Shown here: positions 14,034 to 30,306 of the stretch, in pieces
How positions within the stretch are numbered: the stretch's first letter is position 1
Layout of the letters: every line of letters begins with the position of its first letter
Origin: Chrysomallon squamiferum
Lineage: Eukaryota > Animalia > Mollusca
Direction of reading: 5' to 3'
Assembly (NCBI GenBank): GCA_012295275.1
Contig: CM022668.1
Coordinates: 12,834,001-12,898,000, forward strand
DNA: 64,000 nt
Notes under the pieces: generated by a model
Database searches by the model: none
What the model saw: only the letters and a program-made list of their open reading frames with translations
Told to the model about the DNA's origin: nothing
Translations under genes and position numbers: made by a program

Positions 14034-17000
14034 AGATATTCTTATATACCATACACCCATACATAAACAAACACACCTTCAGGAACAGGACATTAAAACC
14101 AGTACATCACCAACTCCTTTAAGAGTCAAGATAACCATGGTGACCTCAAAAAAGCATCACGGCCCACAGAGTCAAACTAAAAATCACCTAATCTTGTAAA
14201 GCAGTTAACTAAAGGACGCTTCATACCTCTCGATTTGGAAGAACGTCAAAAAGACATCAAAATGTAACCATACCAACCAAACTGTCACCTCTTCTGACAT
14301 GAGTGACTCATTAACACATACTTGTTGTAAACTTGGTGACTTGTGCGATGTTGTAATTCACATATGGGGCAGATATATCAATACTTCTCAACAATCAGTT
14401 GTAACAATAAACGGTCTAGTTTAAATGTGGAAATACAAAGTGGCATCGTGTAGGTATGGATTTGTTACAGACACCTTTGTGCAGAGTGAATTATTTAAGA
14501 GGTTATAAGGAACTGAACAGATATACTTAAAAAACATTCCAAAGAAGCATGAATGTAGAAGATAATATACTTATTATATAGACATACATACATATCATAT
14601 ATATATATACACATACATATAAATATACACACATATATATACACACACACACACACATATACACACAACTATACATACACACGTTCATATAAAAACACAT
14701 ACATACATATACACACATATACATACACACACATGTACACACACATATACAAACACAGACACACACACACACATACACATACATACACAAATGCATAAAC
14801 ACCAATTCAAAGCACAGACACAGACATTTTCATTTATTTCTTATAAATAAAACTTACTATTAACATTTACCTTTGGCAATTGGAAGAAATAACCTAGTAC
14901 ATTCTGCATACTTTATAAATTACATTTCAAACTGCTCTTTGCTATCCTATCTTAATTAATTAGTAATGAAATACAACAACAGAAGGACACAGTCAAACGC
15001 ATAATGGGTGCAGCCATTTTTCTGTAGTCACAGTCTTGTGGAAATGACCAATTTGTCTGAACTTTCTTCTAGTGCTTTCAGAAAAGGCAAAGCTATCACA
15101 TTAACCATTGTGAAAAGGGGTAAAAATGCTCCATTAACTGTATTAAATTTATTATCCAGACTTTACTACTACCAGTGACAGGCTTGCCCAGAAAAACGAT
15201 TAAAATAAAAACAGCTTGGAATATGATAAGTAATTATTTTCAGATTGCTGCTCATTCTTACTGCTGCAGATTAGAATCTCTAACTGAGGGATATCTTATG
15301 CTACATTCTACCCAAGTAATCCTTTTACCATATACCCCACCCCATTCAGTCACCCCATTCTTGACACTGAAAAGCACCAGAGAAATTTCATTTCAAACAT
15401 ACCTGGATTGGGCGATTCCTCTGCCGTGCCTTCTTTCCCAACCAAGGGGCAGACAACTTCTCCCATCCCCCCCACCGCCGCTGCCATAGTAACGCTTTGT
15501 CCAGACGTCAGACTGTTCCCGCTCATAGATGGCGCCACCTGTTGACTTTGACCTTTCAGTACGGCCATCACGTGACATCCATTAGCCGAACGGCCTGCAC
15601 ATTCCGAACTGGATCTTAGAGCAGTGTCCGAAATGGATGAGCCGCCATTTTGTTTTTCTTCTTCTTCTTCTTTTTCTTCTTCTTCTTCAGTTGTTTTGGC
15701 TTTTGTCTGCCGGGAGAAATGGAACCGCGGGAAGTTCCTCTGGAATGTTTTCACCTGCGACCGAAGGTAGTCTCGCTTGTTGATCAGAGCCTGAACGAGT
15801 TTTGGGGTCAGTCCTGTTCTCTCGTCCGACCTGATTGGTTGCTCCGACTGTAACGGAAGATTTGATTGGTCGCAGCAGTCTGAGTTATCTGCAGATTCTG
15901 AAAAATAAACAAATAATTGAAAAAATAATGTTAGATAATAGTAGCAGGTGTTGTCATAGCATTAGTAGTTGTAGCATGAGTAGTAGTAGTAGTAGTAGTA
16001 ATAGTAATAGGAGTAATAGTTTCAATTGTAATTAAAGTCATAATAGTATAATTAATATCAACAGTGGTATAGTAATAGTAATATTAATAGTAGTGGTAAT
16101 AATAAAAGGGAAAAGCTATAATTGTAGATAAAAAAAAGTAAATAGTAATAAAATAATAAAATCAATAAATAAATAAATAATAGTAATAATAAAACAGTAA
16201 TAATTAGAATAATAATAATAAATAAATAAATGATAGTAATAATAACAGTAATAGTAATGATAAAGACAATAATAATTAGAATAATAACAGTAATAGTAAT
16301 AAAAAATAATGATAACAATAATAATAATAATAACAACAGAAAAATAACAACAACAATAATATTGAATAAAAATAAACCTTAAGTCAAAACAAAATTACTG
16401 TTCGAGTGATATGAAAGATAAAAAGTGTCTCTTCATTAATTTGATACAGAAATGTAAAATATATTCGCAAAACAGGGAAATGATATATGATAAGTCTGTA
16501 ATTTTTCTTCCTGAACACACACAAATGTTTTATCCATGTCTATGTGTAACAACATTAAAATGCATCCTTCAACCCACACAGGGCATGCATAGACACCTGC
16601 ATACTCATTATTACCAGTAATATCTATTAAAATATGCACACCCCACCCTTGAAAAACAAACTGATACATTACCGATCTTAAATAACAACTTCTCACTCTC
16701 TTGGGGTATTTTTTAATTAATATTTCAAAACAGAGCATTTTAAAACAAAAACTTTGTAATGGAAAAAATAAATAAAATATAAAATAAAACATAATTATAT
16801 AAATTATGTGTTGAATTCAGTTTCAGTTTCCATCTTCAAATTTTTTTTAATTAAAAACATGCTATTAGGAAGTAATTATCAATTTATTATTTTTTGTTTT
16901 CAAAAACGCAAATTTCCACAAGTCACGAAATTTCTAAATTTTTTGCCTTAACTACAAAACTATCCTGTTTCTAAATCTAATATCTACAGTGAAACCCAAG

Positions 17001-19631
17001 AAGCTACTCAATTTTTACAAATGACAAATAATAATGTATCTGAAATATCTAACATCTTAATGCCAATTTTTTTTTTTTTTCTGAAATAGATACTTCAAAT
17101 GAAATCCAAGAATAAATCAATTTGAAAGAGTTATACATTATAAAATAAATAAAATATCTAACAACAAATGGCCAAATTATTATTTTTCTAAAATAAATAC
17201 CTCAAATGAAATTTAACAGTATTAATATATAATAGTATTGTATCCTCAGTGTACCAACATACAACAGTGTTGTATCCACATACAAGTGTTGTATCATCAT
17301 TGTATCAACATACAACAGTATTACATCATCAGGGTACTTGCATTCAACATTATTGTATCCCCAATTTATCTGCAAATTACAAATACAATATTATATTTTC
17401 ACAACCTGTATACAAACGTAGTGTATCTTCAGTGTACCAAAATACAATAGTATTGTATCCTCACTGTGCATACATACAACAGTATTGTATCCTTAGTGTA
17501 CCAACATATATAACAGTTTTGTATCCTCAGTGTTTTGTATCCTCCTCAATGAACCTGGTTATAACAGTACAAATCCTCAAAACCATTGTATCCTCAATGT
17601 GACAAAAGTATTGTATCCTTCATACAACTGTATTGTATCTTCAATATACCAACAAACAAAAGTATTGTATTCTCACTGTATCCTTAGTGTAACCAACATA
17701 CAACAGTATTGTGTCCTCCTCAGTACATTATTGTACCAACATACATTATTGTATCCTTAGTATACCAACATATGTTTTGTATCCTTAGTGTACCAACATA
17801 TATAACAGTTTTGTATCCTTAGTGTACCAACAAATATAACAGTATTGTATCCTCAGTGTACCTGCATATAATAAACAGTACAGTATCCTCAATGTAGCTC
17901 TATACAAAAGTATTGTATCCACAATGTTCCAACACAGAAGAAAAAATGTGGAGACAATGTTTAAGAAAAAAACATGTGGAGACGTTTACCCGAGTTGAAC
18001 AAATGAATGGAGATCTGTTTGTTTAACGTGCACGATGTTCAAACACGTCTGGGTAATTAGAGTCGATGTAGACTGCAGAAACGCTGCTGCTAACTCACCT
18101 GTCTGGCAAATTCTGAATTAATTACGGGACATTCACAACGTTGTCAGCGATGTCTGTGTTGTGGTGATTCAGCACAGAGGATGGGATGGTGGTGAAAAAA
18201 AAAATATTTACAAAAGAGAGAGAGGAGAAAAAAAAAAAAAATTAAGAGAAGGAAAAGGTCAGTGATAAACAATTTTTTTTTTTTTTTTTTTTGTTTGTTT
18301 TCTTTAGTTAATCTCGTACAATATCTATATTTTTTTTATTGTTTTCTGTGTGGGCATTTATTTATACTTTGAGGGATCAATTATAGGTCATGAGTAAAAA
18401 AAAAAAAAAAAAAAAAAGAAACTTGCCTTTGGATATACAGAATACAGGATCAATTCTCCATGTTGCACTTGCAGGAGAATATACTGTTCTACCAAGTGCT
18501 CTATCTATCATTATTTGTCAAATTTTATTTTAATAGGATTTCCAGTGTCTATAAGGAAATATATATATATATATATATATATGCTGCTGCACCTATAGGA
18601 GTGGGTATATGCTGTTCTAAGAAGTGCTCTGTCATTATTTATCAAATTTGATTTTAATATGATTTCCTGTTATCTACGAGAAAATACATGTAAAAAAAAA
18701 ATGAATGGGAGTTTATGCTGTTACAGCAAAAGCTTATCACTTGATTATCAAACTTGATTTTAACAGGATTTCCACTATCTATGGGAAATGTTAACAAAAA
18801 CAACAAGGGAATCAGTCCTTTATTGAGACCATCCCAAAAACGAGGAAACTGTAGAACGTATCTTTTGTTAAACCAATCAGTGAGCAGGAAGGGAAAAAGA
18901 TAAGGGATTTCTTTGAACAAGGAAGACTGTTGGTTTTTTTTTTTTAGCTTTATTTCTCTTACTTTCCTTTCCAAAGAGAGTAGTAAAGACCAGGTGTTGT
19001 ATGAGCGATACTGTGTATGTTGTCTATCAGAGATATTCTATTCTGTTTCCTTCCTGATTTGTATTCTAACTGTAAAATACAATATTTGTTTAATTTTTTT
19101 TTTATTCTCTCTTTGAAAGTATAATCAAATTATTCCATAAAGGAAAGAAGCTTTTGTGTGTAGGATATTTCTATCTACTTCCTTCCTGTTTAATACATGA
19201 TATAACAGCTCTGTAATTTTGTTATTCCATGTTCAAAATTTAAAAAAAAAAAAAAAAGATTTAAGAAAATAAAAAAGGAAAGAGAAACAAAAAAAAAAAT
19301 TATAATAAATAAAATGGTGATGTAAATAAAAATGACATGATAATTAAATTAATAAGATAATTAAATTAATAAGATAAAATATAGTAAAAAAATATAATAA
19401 TAATATTATTATTGTACAAGGTGAATGCCTATTTATAAAATTGTTTGAAAGCTCAATTTTAAATAACAACAGATAACAATATTTATTTCTAGGCAACTAT
19501 TTATCTGTGAAAATAAATTAAAGTATAATAAAAAATAAATAAAATAAAATAAATAAAATTATAATTATAACATAATAAATACAATAAAATGTAATATAAT
19601 ATATAATTTGTTACACAAACATAATACAATA

Positions 19632-19674
<43 letters not shown>

Positions 19675-20178
19675 TAAAAATTAAAATGTAAAAATACAAA
19701 AAAAAAAAAAAAAAAAAAAAAATTAAAATGTGAAAAATAATATTAAAAAAGAAAAAAAAAAAATAAAATAAAGAAATGTGTTCAAAATTTCAACATGATA
19801 TGAATGCAATTTAATCTCAAAGAAGCATTCCCTTAAAAATTTTGTATCAACATGTGTTCATTTATTTCAACATGAATGCATGAATGCATTTATTCATACT
19901 TAGTGTGCAAATAAAATTAAAAATGTTTTAAAGATTTTGTAAAAGATGAATTTATATTTATGTATTTTGTGTGGTACATGAATATATATACATCATTGTC
20001 ATCCATATATCATACATGTGAATATATGTGTGTGTAAAAAACAAATGTATTTAAAGATGGCAACTGAAAATATAGAATGAAATATAGAGAAAGGTGTATT
20101 GGAGAAAACAAAATGGAAAGATATATATAGGCAAAAGTTAAAAAACCTTTGAGATAGAAAGAAATAAAAAAAGAAAAT

Positions 20179-20224
<46 letters not shown>

Positions 20225-20392
20225 CTAGAAAATGATCAAGACAAAAGACACTAAGACATTAAATATAAAAAAAGATGGCTACTAAACAAGAAAAAAAAAA
20301 AAAGGTTTGAGGCAAAGACACACATAGTGAAAACAGTTCAACATAAAACAGAGATTATATATGTTTTATTTTTCTGAACCTGCTTATAAGAC

Positions 20393-20469
<77 letters not shown>

Positions 20470-21300
20470 GACCAACAACACCAAAAAAAAAAAAAAAACG
20501 TATAAATATAGTTCTAGAAAACGATCAAGAAAAAACAAACAACACCAAAAAAAAAAACACAGGCAGTAAAAAAGGAAAATAAAAACAAAAGCAAGATGCC
20601 AGTACAAACAATAAATATTAACAACAGACAATGAAGAAAGAAAAAAAAAAAAGGCAAAGACACACACAGAGAGAAAAAACAACTGAACATAAAACAGAGT
20701 AAAAAAACAACTGAACATAAAACAGAGTAAAAAAACAACTCAACATAAAACAGAGAGAAAAAACAACTCAACATAAAACAGAGTAAAAAAAACAACTGAA
20801 CATAAAACGGAGCAAAAAAAACGTAAGTTTTATTATTCTGAACCTACTGATGAGACTTAGCATTGAGTGACAAAAAGAACAAGGCAGTTTAACAAGTTAA
20901 CAAGTTGTACAAAGTGACAGACGCAAACACAGCACTCCCAATTTGAGTAAACAGAGCAAACTGAACACAAACTTCACCGGTGGCCGAACTGTTCTGTGTG
21001 TCTGTTAGCTGAAATAACCCAACAACACTTGTACACCACTGTTTTACAACAGAGTCATAATTTAGCTTTTCATCCGTTTTTTTTTTTTTTGTTTTGTTTT
21101 GTTAAAAATCTATGATTATGAGCATATATATATAATGACATTGTATTCTGCCATTCTTTTAAAAAATTAATAATAATAATAATAATAACAAATTTTAAAA
21201 ATAGAATCAAATCTTAGTTTAATGATAAATTTTACAATAACACATTATAATAATTACCTTTATCTGACCACAGAATAACACCCAGTAGCTGATTATTATA

Positions 21301-21387
<87 letters not shown>

Positions 21388-22406
21388 TTTTTTTTTTTTT
21401 TTGTGCAGGGGTCTTATTAAACAATAATCCCATCAATTTCAATTACAAAACTTCAAATTTACTGCAATGATTTAAACTCAGACTTACTGGTAAATCATAC
21501 AGCTGTTTATACTCAATTTTATTAGTAAACTACTCACCTGAGTAACTCAAACTTACTCATAAATCATGCAGTCGTCAAGACTCAAACATACTGGTAAATC
21601 ACATAGCTAAGCAGAACTCAAATTCTTAACTTAATTAAACTCAAACATACTGGCAAATCATATCCTGACTGTTATTGTTGTTGTTACTATTATTATTATT
21701 ATTAATTATTTTATTTAGTATAATAAATGCATAATTCAAATTTGAACTTAATAACAACAAACTCAAAATAAACCTCAGAGCTATATAACTCAAATTTAAA
21801 GGCACTCTAACCTTGTATAACTTGTATAACTCAAAGTCAACGTATAACCTAACAGTTCTATAACGAAACGAGAAAACAGTAAAGCTAGACTGACCTGTAC
21901 TTCTTGAACTGAGGGTTCAAATACAAGACCAGGCTTGAGATTTACACTTATGGGGGTTTATAAAACCTAAATCAAAGGTTCAAAGTATCACTGTGATAAG
22001 AAAAAGTATGAGATTCCAGTCTTAGTGCTTTTTAACCAGTCTAGAGAGCTGTGTCTTTGTAGTTGTAAATTTTGTGCAGTAAATCTTTATTTAATAGAAA
22101 TAAAAATATATTTGACATACTTCATTGCAAATCAACAGTTTAAAGAGTGTAAAGAGGCATGTATATTATGCATGAACTTGCATACAAATATATATATAAA
22201 AATTGTGTATGTATATAATACACACACACATATATATATATACACACACACACATACATACATATGCAAATACATAATCAGGACATTATATAAAAATGTA
22301 ATTCTTTATTACTGATGTAACAATTTTATTTTAGTTTCCTTTTTTAAAGAAAATAACTGATAAATCATGTTTTTCTCTGATTACAAGTGATGGCTATTAA
22401 AATAAC

Positions 22407-22437
<31 letters not shown>

Positions 22438-24330
22438 AACAATAATAATAATAAATATATATATATATATATATTTTTTTTTTTTAAATACCCATGTAAA
22501 GAGAGAGAGAGAGAGAGTTAAAGTCAAAGAATTAAAAAAGAAATAATGAAAGAAACAGAATGAAAGAAAATGAAAGAGAAAAATTAAACCCAGATCAAAA
22601 CATAAAGAGAGAATAAACATAACACTGACATTAATAACTATTCATTATCTAAATATCTGTCTTCTCTCTCTGCCTAAACACACTACATCTATCCTCTTGC
22701 TTAAATGCTCGAATTCACAGTTCATTAACAGGTGAGCCTGTTTCAAGGTGTCTGTAAAAAGACACCCTTAGACAAACAATCAGCAGGTACACAGGTGTAA
22801 GTCGTTAATGGGTGGATATTAGTCAAAAGCTGGGATGAACACCTTTACCTGAATTTAAAGTGCACCTCAAAGAGATCTCGTGTATTTTCAAGCTAAGTTG
22901 TTTTGTTGTTTTTTTTTTCCAATTTTTAAACTTGAGAGAAGATACAGGGAAACTAGTGTGTTCAGTTTTACATAGCCAGATTACCAAGGTAGAAACAATA
23001 ATTATTAACAATGAACTGCATCCATGTTAACTCAAGACTTACCAGGATATAGTATCGTTGAGCTACAGACCACATTACCACAGAACTACAGACCTCATTA
23101 AGTCCAGACCACATTACCACTTAAATACAGACCACATTACCACTTAAATACAGACCACATTACCACAGAACTACAGACCACATTAAGTCTAGACCACATT
23201 ACCACTGAAGTACAGACCACATTATCACCTAACTACAGACCACATTATCACTTAATTACAGACCACATTACCACCTAACTATAGACCACATTACCACTTA
23301 ACTACAGACATTACCACCGAATTACAGACCACATTACCACAGAACTACTGACCATATTACCACAGAATTCGTGACGTTACCACAGAACTACAGATCATAT
23401 TACCACAGAATTTGAGACCACATTACCACTTAACTACAGACCACATTACCACAGAACTACAGACCACATTACCAGTCAACTACAGACCACATTACCACAG
23501 AACTACAGACCACATTACCACAGAATTACAGACCACACTACCACTCAACCACAGAACTACAGACCACATTACCACTTAACCAGAGACTAGTGAAATACAG
23601 ACCACAGTGCCACTGAAATACATACCACAGAACTACAGACTCAAGTTCCATTAAGCTACAAACCTCATTACCACATAACTACCTGCTATTCTACCAATGG
23701 ACCGAAAGCAGTTATAAATTGCTTGTGCCAGACTTGTTTACCTAATATTAAGTTTCACCTTTTACTCGGTTTTTCACTCACAGAACAACCAATGTAAAGC
23801 CAAAAAATTAGTTATACCAATGTTTGGCAAAAATTCAGATGCTGTAAACAAACAATTAATGTGAACACACTGAGAGAGATAATTATTCTCCTTTTTTATT
23901 TTTTTATTTTTTTTTTAAAGAGCTTTGTCCGAAGTAAATATTAAATTTCAGCTTTACAGAGTCTTATCTGAAGAAAATTAAAAAAACAACAACATGAAAT
24001 CATCATAAAGGGGGACTAAGGTAGTGTTTTAAAGATGCCTGAATTTTACAGTCAGGTATTGTTGTTAAAAGGTAATAACAAAATCTGAAAGTTAAATGAA
24101 TTATTGTTGTTGTTGTTGCTGTTGCTGTTGTTGTTGTTATTATTATTATTGTTATTATTATTATTATTATTATTAATTATTATTATTATTATTGTAAAGG
24201 GCAAAAAATAAGAAACAGTTCTCTATTATAATTTATCTTTCAGTCTCTTTCTCTGTTTGTCTGTCTGTCTCAATCTTTTTGATGGTAAAGTTCAGTTTCA
24301 ATGTCTACATTTTGTGTAGAGACAAAAAAA

Positions 24331-24364
<34 letters not shown>

Positions 24365-25188
24365 AACTGAAAGAGCACAATTCTACTTTAGTCAATCTGA
24401 TTTTTAATTAATTATGTAATTTTATTATAATATATATTTTAAATATCTTAACACAAGCCTCTAATCATCCACAAAGACTTGTGAATTATTTTATTTTTAA
24501 ACTATGTTAGAAACAAAAAACAAAAAAAAAATACTTAAAATTATTTAAACCACACATTTCGCACATTTAACTTGTTCTAACCAATGAGGGCTATTAAGTT
24601 TTAAATTTCAATGAATAAATTTAAGAATTACAAATTGTTAAAGAGATATTTATATAAATTTTTAACTCACCCAGTGTCAATATACCATGCTGCCAACAGA
24701 TACTTGAAACTGATAAACTGCACACTTTCAAACAGGCTCAAACACCATGCATCAGTTTTTTTTTTCACCGAGTTAAGTAATTTACCATCATTAAAGGTAC
24801 ATAAAGGTTGTATGTGTTGCTTAGAAAACATCATTTTTTTTTCTCTTTTTTTTTTTTTTTTTCCCCTCAAGTCAAGACATGTGTGCTGAATCTAAAGATG
24901 TATTTGGTGCATGTGCGTTTTATGTGCATGTGTGTAGCTGAGTTTTTTGGTTTATGTGTGTATGTTTGTTTCTGTCTGTGTATTTGTCTGTGAACCATTT
25001 CTTTTTTTTTTTTTTTTTTTCTATGAAATATTTGTTGAATTTAAGGATGTTCTTGTGTTTATGTGCATGTCTGTGTGTGTGTGTGTGTTTTTGTTCATAT
25101 GTTTGTGTGTCTGTCTCTGTTTTTGTCTGTATTACAATTTTTTTCAGCTGCTGGTAATTTATTTCTTTATCAAAAAAATATATAAAAT

Positions 25189-25221
<33 letters not shown>

Positions 25222-25618
25222 AATGACTTATTATTGTTAAAGATATTATAATCTTTTCCTTTTTTTCTTTTTTTTTTCCTAAGCAGAACAAAATATTAAA
25301 GAAATATTTTTAAAAATGTCTAAACTTACAGTTGTTAAAAAGACATGAAGATTATATACAGTATCTCAATTACCTTTTTTCAAGCCAGCTATTTATTAAA
25401 GGAATATAGTATACATTTGTTTAAAAACTTGTTATTGTGAAAGATGCATATAAGTTATATACAAATACCTTTTCTTTTTTCTTTTTCAAAACCAGTTAAT
25501 TATTCAGCAATTAAAAATATCTGTATGTGTGTGTGTGTTATTATTATTATTAAACACTTTATATAATATATAATCTACATTATTACACATAGATATATAA
25601 TTATTATTTTTGAACATT

Positions 25619-25660
<42 letters not shown>

Positions 25661-26526
25661 CATATACCATTATTATTATAAACACTTTTAAAAATACGTG
25701 TACATCAACAATATAAACATTATAAACAGTACCTTTTTTTTTTTTTTTTTTTTTTCTAGAAATCTTCTTCAAAATTTTCTACATAATACATCCATGTTTC
25801 ACATTCTCACACAGAAAGAGTTACTCCCAAACATCTTTGCACACACACATGTGTATTTACTTAACAAGGTAACAGGCTGTGAAAGCCTGACGGAAATTAC
25901 TGCCATACGTTTTGATGGTTTCCACATTTTTACTTACACACATTATTATTATTACACAGGTACGGTTTTGAATATAATTTCTATATAACAAAAATGGGTT
26001 GCATAAATATGGAATTAACTAGGTTATGTGCACTTGTGGCATAAACTGGCTCTCAAGATGTTGCTGTGCCAGGTAACATCTGATAATGATGTGTATTTAT
26101 TAAATTGTTCATGGCTGCTTTGGTCAAGCAGGTGATGTTCGTTAGTTCAGGTAACATTATAAAAGAAGGTCATTTGTTTTGCTGTTGTAAAAGACAGACA
26201 GGTTAGAAGCAGAAATAAAACAGGATTTGCTAATAAATATCAAGCTTAAAATATAATTTTGTATATATATATATATATATTGTCTTGACTTACGTTTTGT
26301 TTTTATTTAGGATATAACGATAATGTGTTTGTTACTTTTGTAGTTAATTCTTTCTGGAAAAGTTATTAGTATTGTTATTATTAGTATTGTTATTAATAGT
26401 GTTGTTGTTGTTATTAATGTTATTATTATTGGTATTATTATTATAATAATAATAATTACTATGATTAAAATTACTGTGTTTATTATTATAACTTATTATT
26501 GCTATTATTATAACCATTATTATTAA

Positions 26527-26570
<44 letters not shown>

Positions 26571-29401
26571 GTCTTTTTAATTAATTACAAAATAAAACAA
26601 ATAAGAATTTTTATTTATCTACATATAAAACATTTATAATCTGCAACAATATGGCATCATAAATATTGACAGAGAGAGAGGAATGTGCCTCCATGCATCA
26701 GACAAAACTTTCTTTTATGAAATACAAAATAAATAAATAAATAAATAAATAAAAAATAACAAAACAGCACAAAACAAAACAAAAAATAAAGCGAAATGAT
26801 AAAATAAGGAAACGACTTGAATTACAGTAAAGTAAAAAGTAACCTATTTAAATGCAATAATAATAACAACAACAATAATGATCATAACAATAACAATAAT
26901 TAATCATAATAAGAACAATAATAATGATAATAATAATAACAATAATAATAATAATAATAATAGTTGCAGTAATAGTAGTAGTAGTAGTAGTAATAGTAAT
27001 AACAGTGAAAATAATTCCATAAACCTGCATTAACAAACAAACAAAAAAATATTAAATAGCACTAACTTGTTACTTGATCTGTTGAAACAGATACACAGAG
27101 TATCAAGTCATCTTGAAAATCAGCAGATGTTTCTGCAATTTGATCTAGTTTGTTTCTACTTCTAAGGCCTAGATATATATATATATATATATATATTAAC
27201 ATAACATAGAGAAGCACCTATTACTCTAATACAGTTGTAATTTGTCTGTTAGTTTATTTTATTTTAAAATATGCAGCAGTTAACTTATTCCCTTAAACAC
27301 AATACAGAGTGTAATTTATTTCAAATTCCAAACAGTGCTCCATCCATATATTTATAAATAAATAATATCTCTTATAATAAACTCTACATAAAATAATAAT
27401 TTGATTAAATTTATCATAAATAAATAAAATAAGTTATTTTGTTTCTTCAAACAATATAAACTTTAATGGTTCAGGCATGCAGTTCTGGACATTTGGTTCT
27501 GCCCTAACTAGAAAAACAAGTTTATAAATCTTTGTAATAAAGATGATATAATGCTTTCATTTGGTTTCCTTTTTCTTTTCATTTATTCATTTATTTATCA
27601 TTACTGTTATTTTAGTTTTAATTTTAATTTATTTATTTAAAATAATTTTAAAATATTTTTGTAATAATAATAATAATTATTTTTATTTTTATTTTATTTT
27701 TAATTTGAAGATGTCATCTTTAAAATACAGTTAAAATTTTTTTTTTAAAAAGGTAAAATAAAATAAAAATATATATAAAAAAAACACCTATCAAATCTAA
27801 TTTTCACTTGTGCAGTTGAACCAATTTCCATAACAGATGAATAAAATATTGTATCTGTTCTTTGAAAAACATTTAAAACGTAATTAAAATTAATACGAGG
27901 AAGTTTTAAAATGTTCGGTCACACCTGAAAATGGACTATTCCACATTTACACCAACTTCTGGGGGATTAATTTACACTAAGGACAATGACCTAGAGAATT
28001 GAATAACATTAATGCAGGTTTATGGAATACTGATGTCTATATAAATGAAATAAACTGGCAGAGTCAATGTCAAGTATGACTGGGGATTTTTCAAGAAAAA
28101 AAAAAAAGAAATAAAAAAATAAAAATAAAGGGTGACAAAGTACAAAGCTTTCTACATGGTTGCTGTACACCATATATCTTTCTGATCATAATGAAGTTAA
28201 CCCACTGTAATTAAAATTAGTAAACGATGATATTTTCTCAAGAATACAAATATTATTTTAACAGAAACTGCTTTATTAACTCTTTTATAACTACAGCTTA
28301 TAAAAAATGAAATTCCACAAGAAGACAAGTACTATTTTAATACAGAAAAAATAAAGGGAAATAACTACTGTCACTCACATTTTAGTATGCACTGACTATA
28401 CAAAGTTTATGTTTGATATTTAAATTATAATATGTTTCAAATCAATATGAATCAGAAATGACTTGCTGTATAGACTGACAGATAGATGGTTGAATAAAAT
28501 CAGTTGTACAAATATACATAAATACCATCTTTTAATTTCACTGGAAAAATGCTATGAAATTTTATTCCACTCCAACGATTATAATAAATTAAAGCCTACA
28601 TTATAATATTTATCACAATAAATAAATAAATAAATAAATTAAAAACATTTTTGAAATATTTACAAAACTGGTTCATCAAAAATTTGACAGATGGCACATT
28701 TTGAACTAAATACCAAGCAATTTTTTGACCTTTACAAGTGTATTTATAAAAAACTACACAGAAACTGTAATTAATGCAGTGAACTGTATCAGAAGTGAAT
28801 AGAAAGTAAAAAAAAAATGATGGATACAAGATACCATATTAAAAACAGGTCAGCTGTAGTAAAGGGTTGCTGTATGTTAATGCATTTTTCACGTGTGACA
28901 TAGTGAACTTTTAAATTATTTATATGAAGAAAAGAAATTATGTGATAGTCACAAATGACAATGTCAGTTTTTTAAATAATATTTAAAGTAAAGAACATAA
29001 TGTAATTCTTAAAAATTTAATATTTATGAACATTTAAAAAAAAATTGATACTATATTTAAAACTGGTCAACAGTAAAGGGTTGCTGTGCATTAATTTATT
29101 TCTCACAAATGATAAAGTGAACTTTTAAAACACTAGAATTAATGTAATTTAGTTCTTACAAATTTATAATCTATGAATTTTTTTAAAAAGGTTGCAGTAA
29201 CATTAATTTCTTTCTCACAAATGGTTTGTCAACTGTTAAAATAGTTGAATTAATCTCAATACTTTTTAATCAGGGATCACCACAAAGATTTAATTTGTAT
29301 TTCTTTTATGCAAATTTGCTTACATTATTAGTATCTCCAGATAATACACATCCCTTCCAAAGAATTACAGTACTGAAATGTCCAGTAATTTCTGTGCATG
29401 T

Positions 29402-29475
<74 letters not shown>

Positions 29476-30264
29476 AAGAATGGCTGTATTCGTGGGAATG
29501 AGTATGTGCATGTTTTTGTGTTATTGGTTGAAGGATAAATTCTTATCAAAATACCACAGCGCTATTTCAAATTCTAATCTGATAAATTAATCAGTGTGTC
29601 TGAAACAGTCTACTCATGTGTCTGTCTGTTTGTGTGTCTGTGCTCAAAAGTATACACACACACACAAACACATTTTTCTGTTGACGATATCAGAATGCTC
29701 TCAGACTAAGTCCTAAATTAATCTATATTAATTTATTAGCTGCATACAGTGTTACTAAGTCAAATTACCACCACAGATGTATCATATATTATTAATGTCT
29801 TATAGGTTTAGATATATGACTGACATGAGATAGCTCTGTGTGTCTGTGCAAATATAAATAAATAAATAAATATATACACACACACAAACACTTGATACCT
29901 TATTGTGGTATTAAGATATATATATATTTGCATGTACTTGATAAATGCATTTTTTTAAATAACACTTTAAAGAAATCCCCTGCTGTCATGCCATTTTTTT
30001 ACCATTCCTGACACTACAAAGAGCACTTTTCTGAGCTATAAAGGACAAAGATTCCATACTATACAGCATAAAATTTCATTTTATATATGAACTTTATAAA
30101 AATTGTGTTTTACTGTTAATATGATTTGTATTTTCAGCATCTTCTAAAAAGATTAAATGAAAATGATGATGATGTTGATAATAATAGTAACAACAAAATA
30201 ATAACAATAACATAATAATAACAAAACGATAACATTTGTAATAATAATAATAATAAAAACAAAA

Positions 30265-30306
<42 letters not shown>

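Noticed and set aside
21532-21545. Minus-strand ctcag|gtgagt as a second recursive splice site
   Set aside because: No pyrimidine tract, and it sits inside a degenerate tandem repeat.
23060-23690. CRISPR-like appearance of the 23-bp array (also the arrays at 17215 and 54975)
   Set aside because: Units are head-to-tail without unique spacers, the context is eukaryotic introns, and no cas genes are present.
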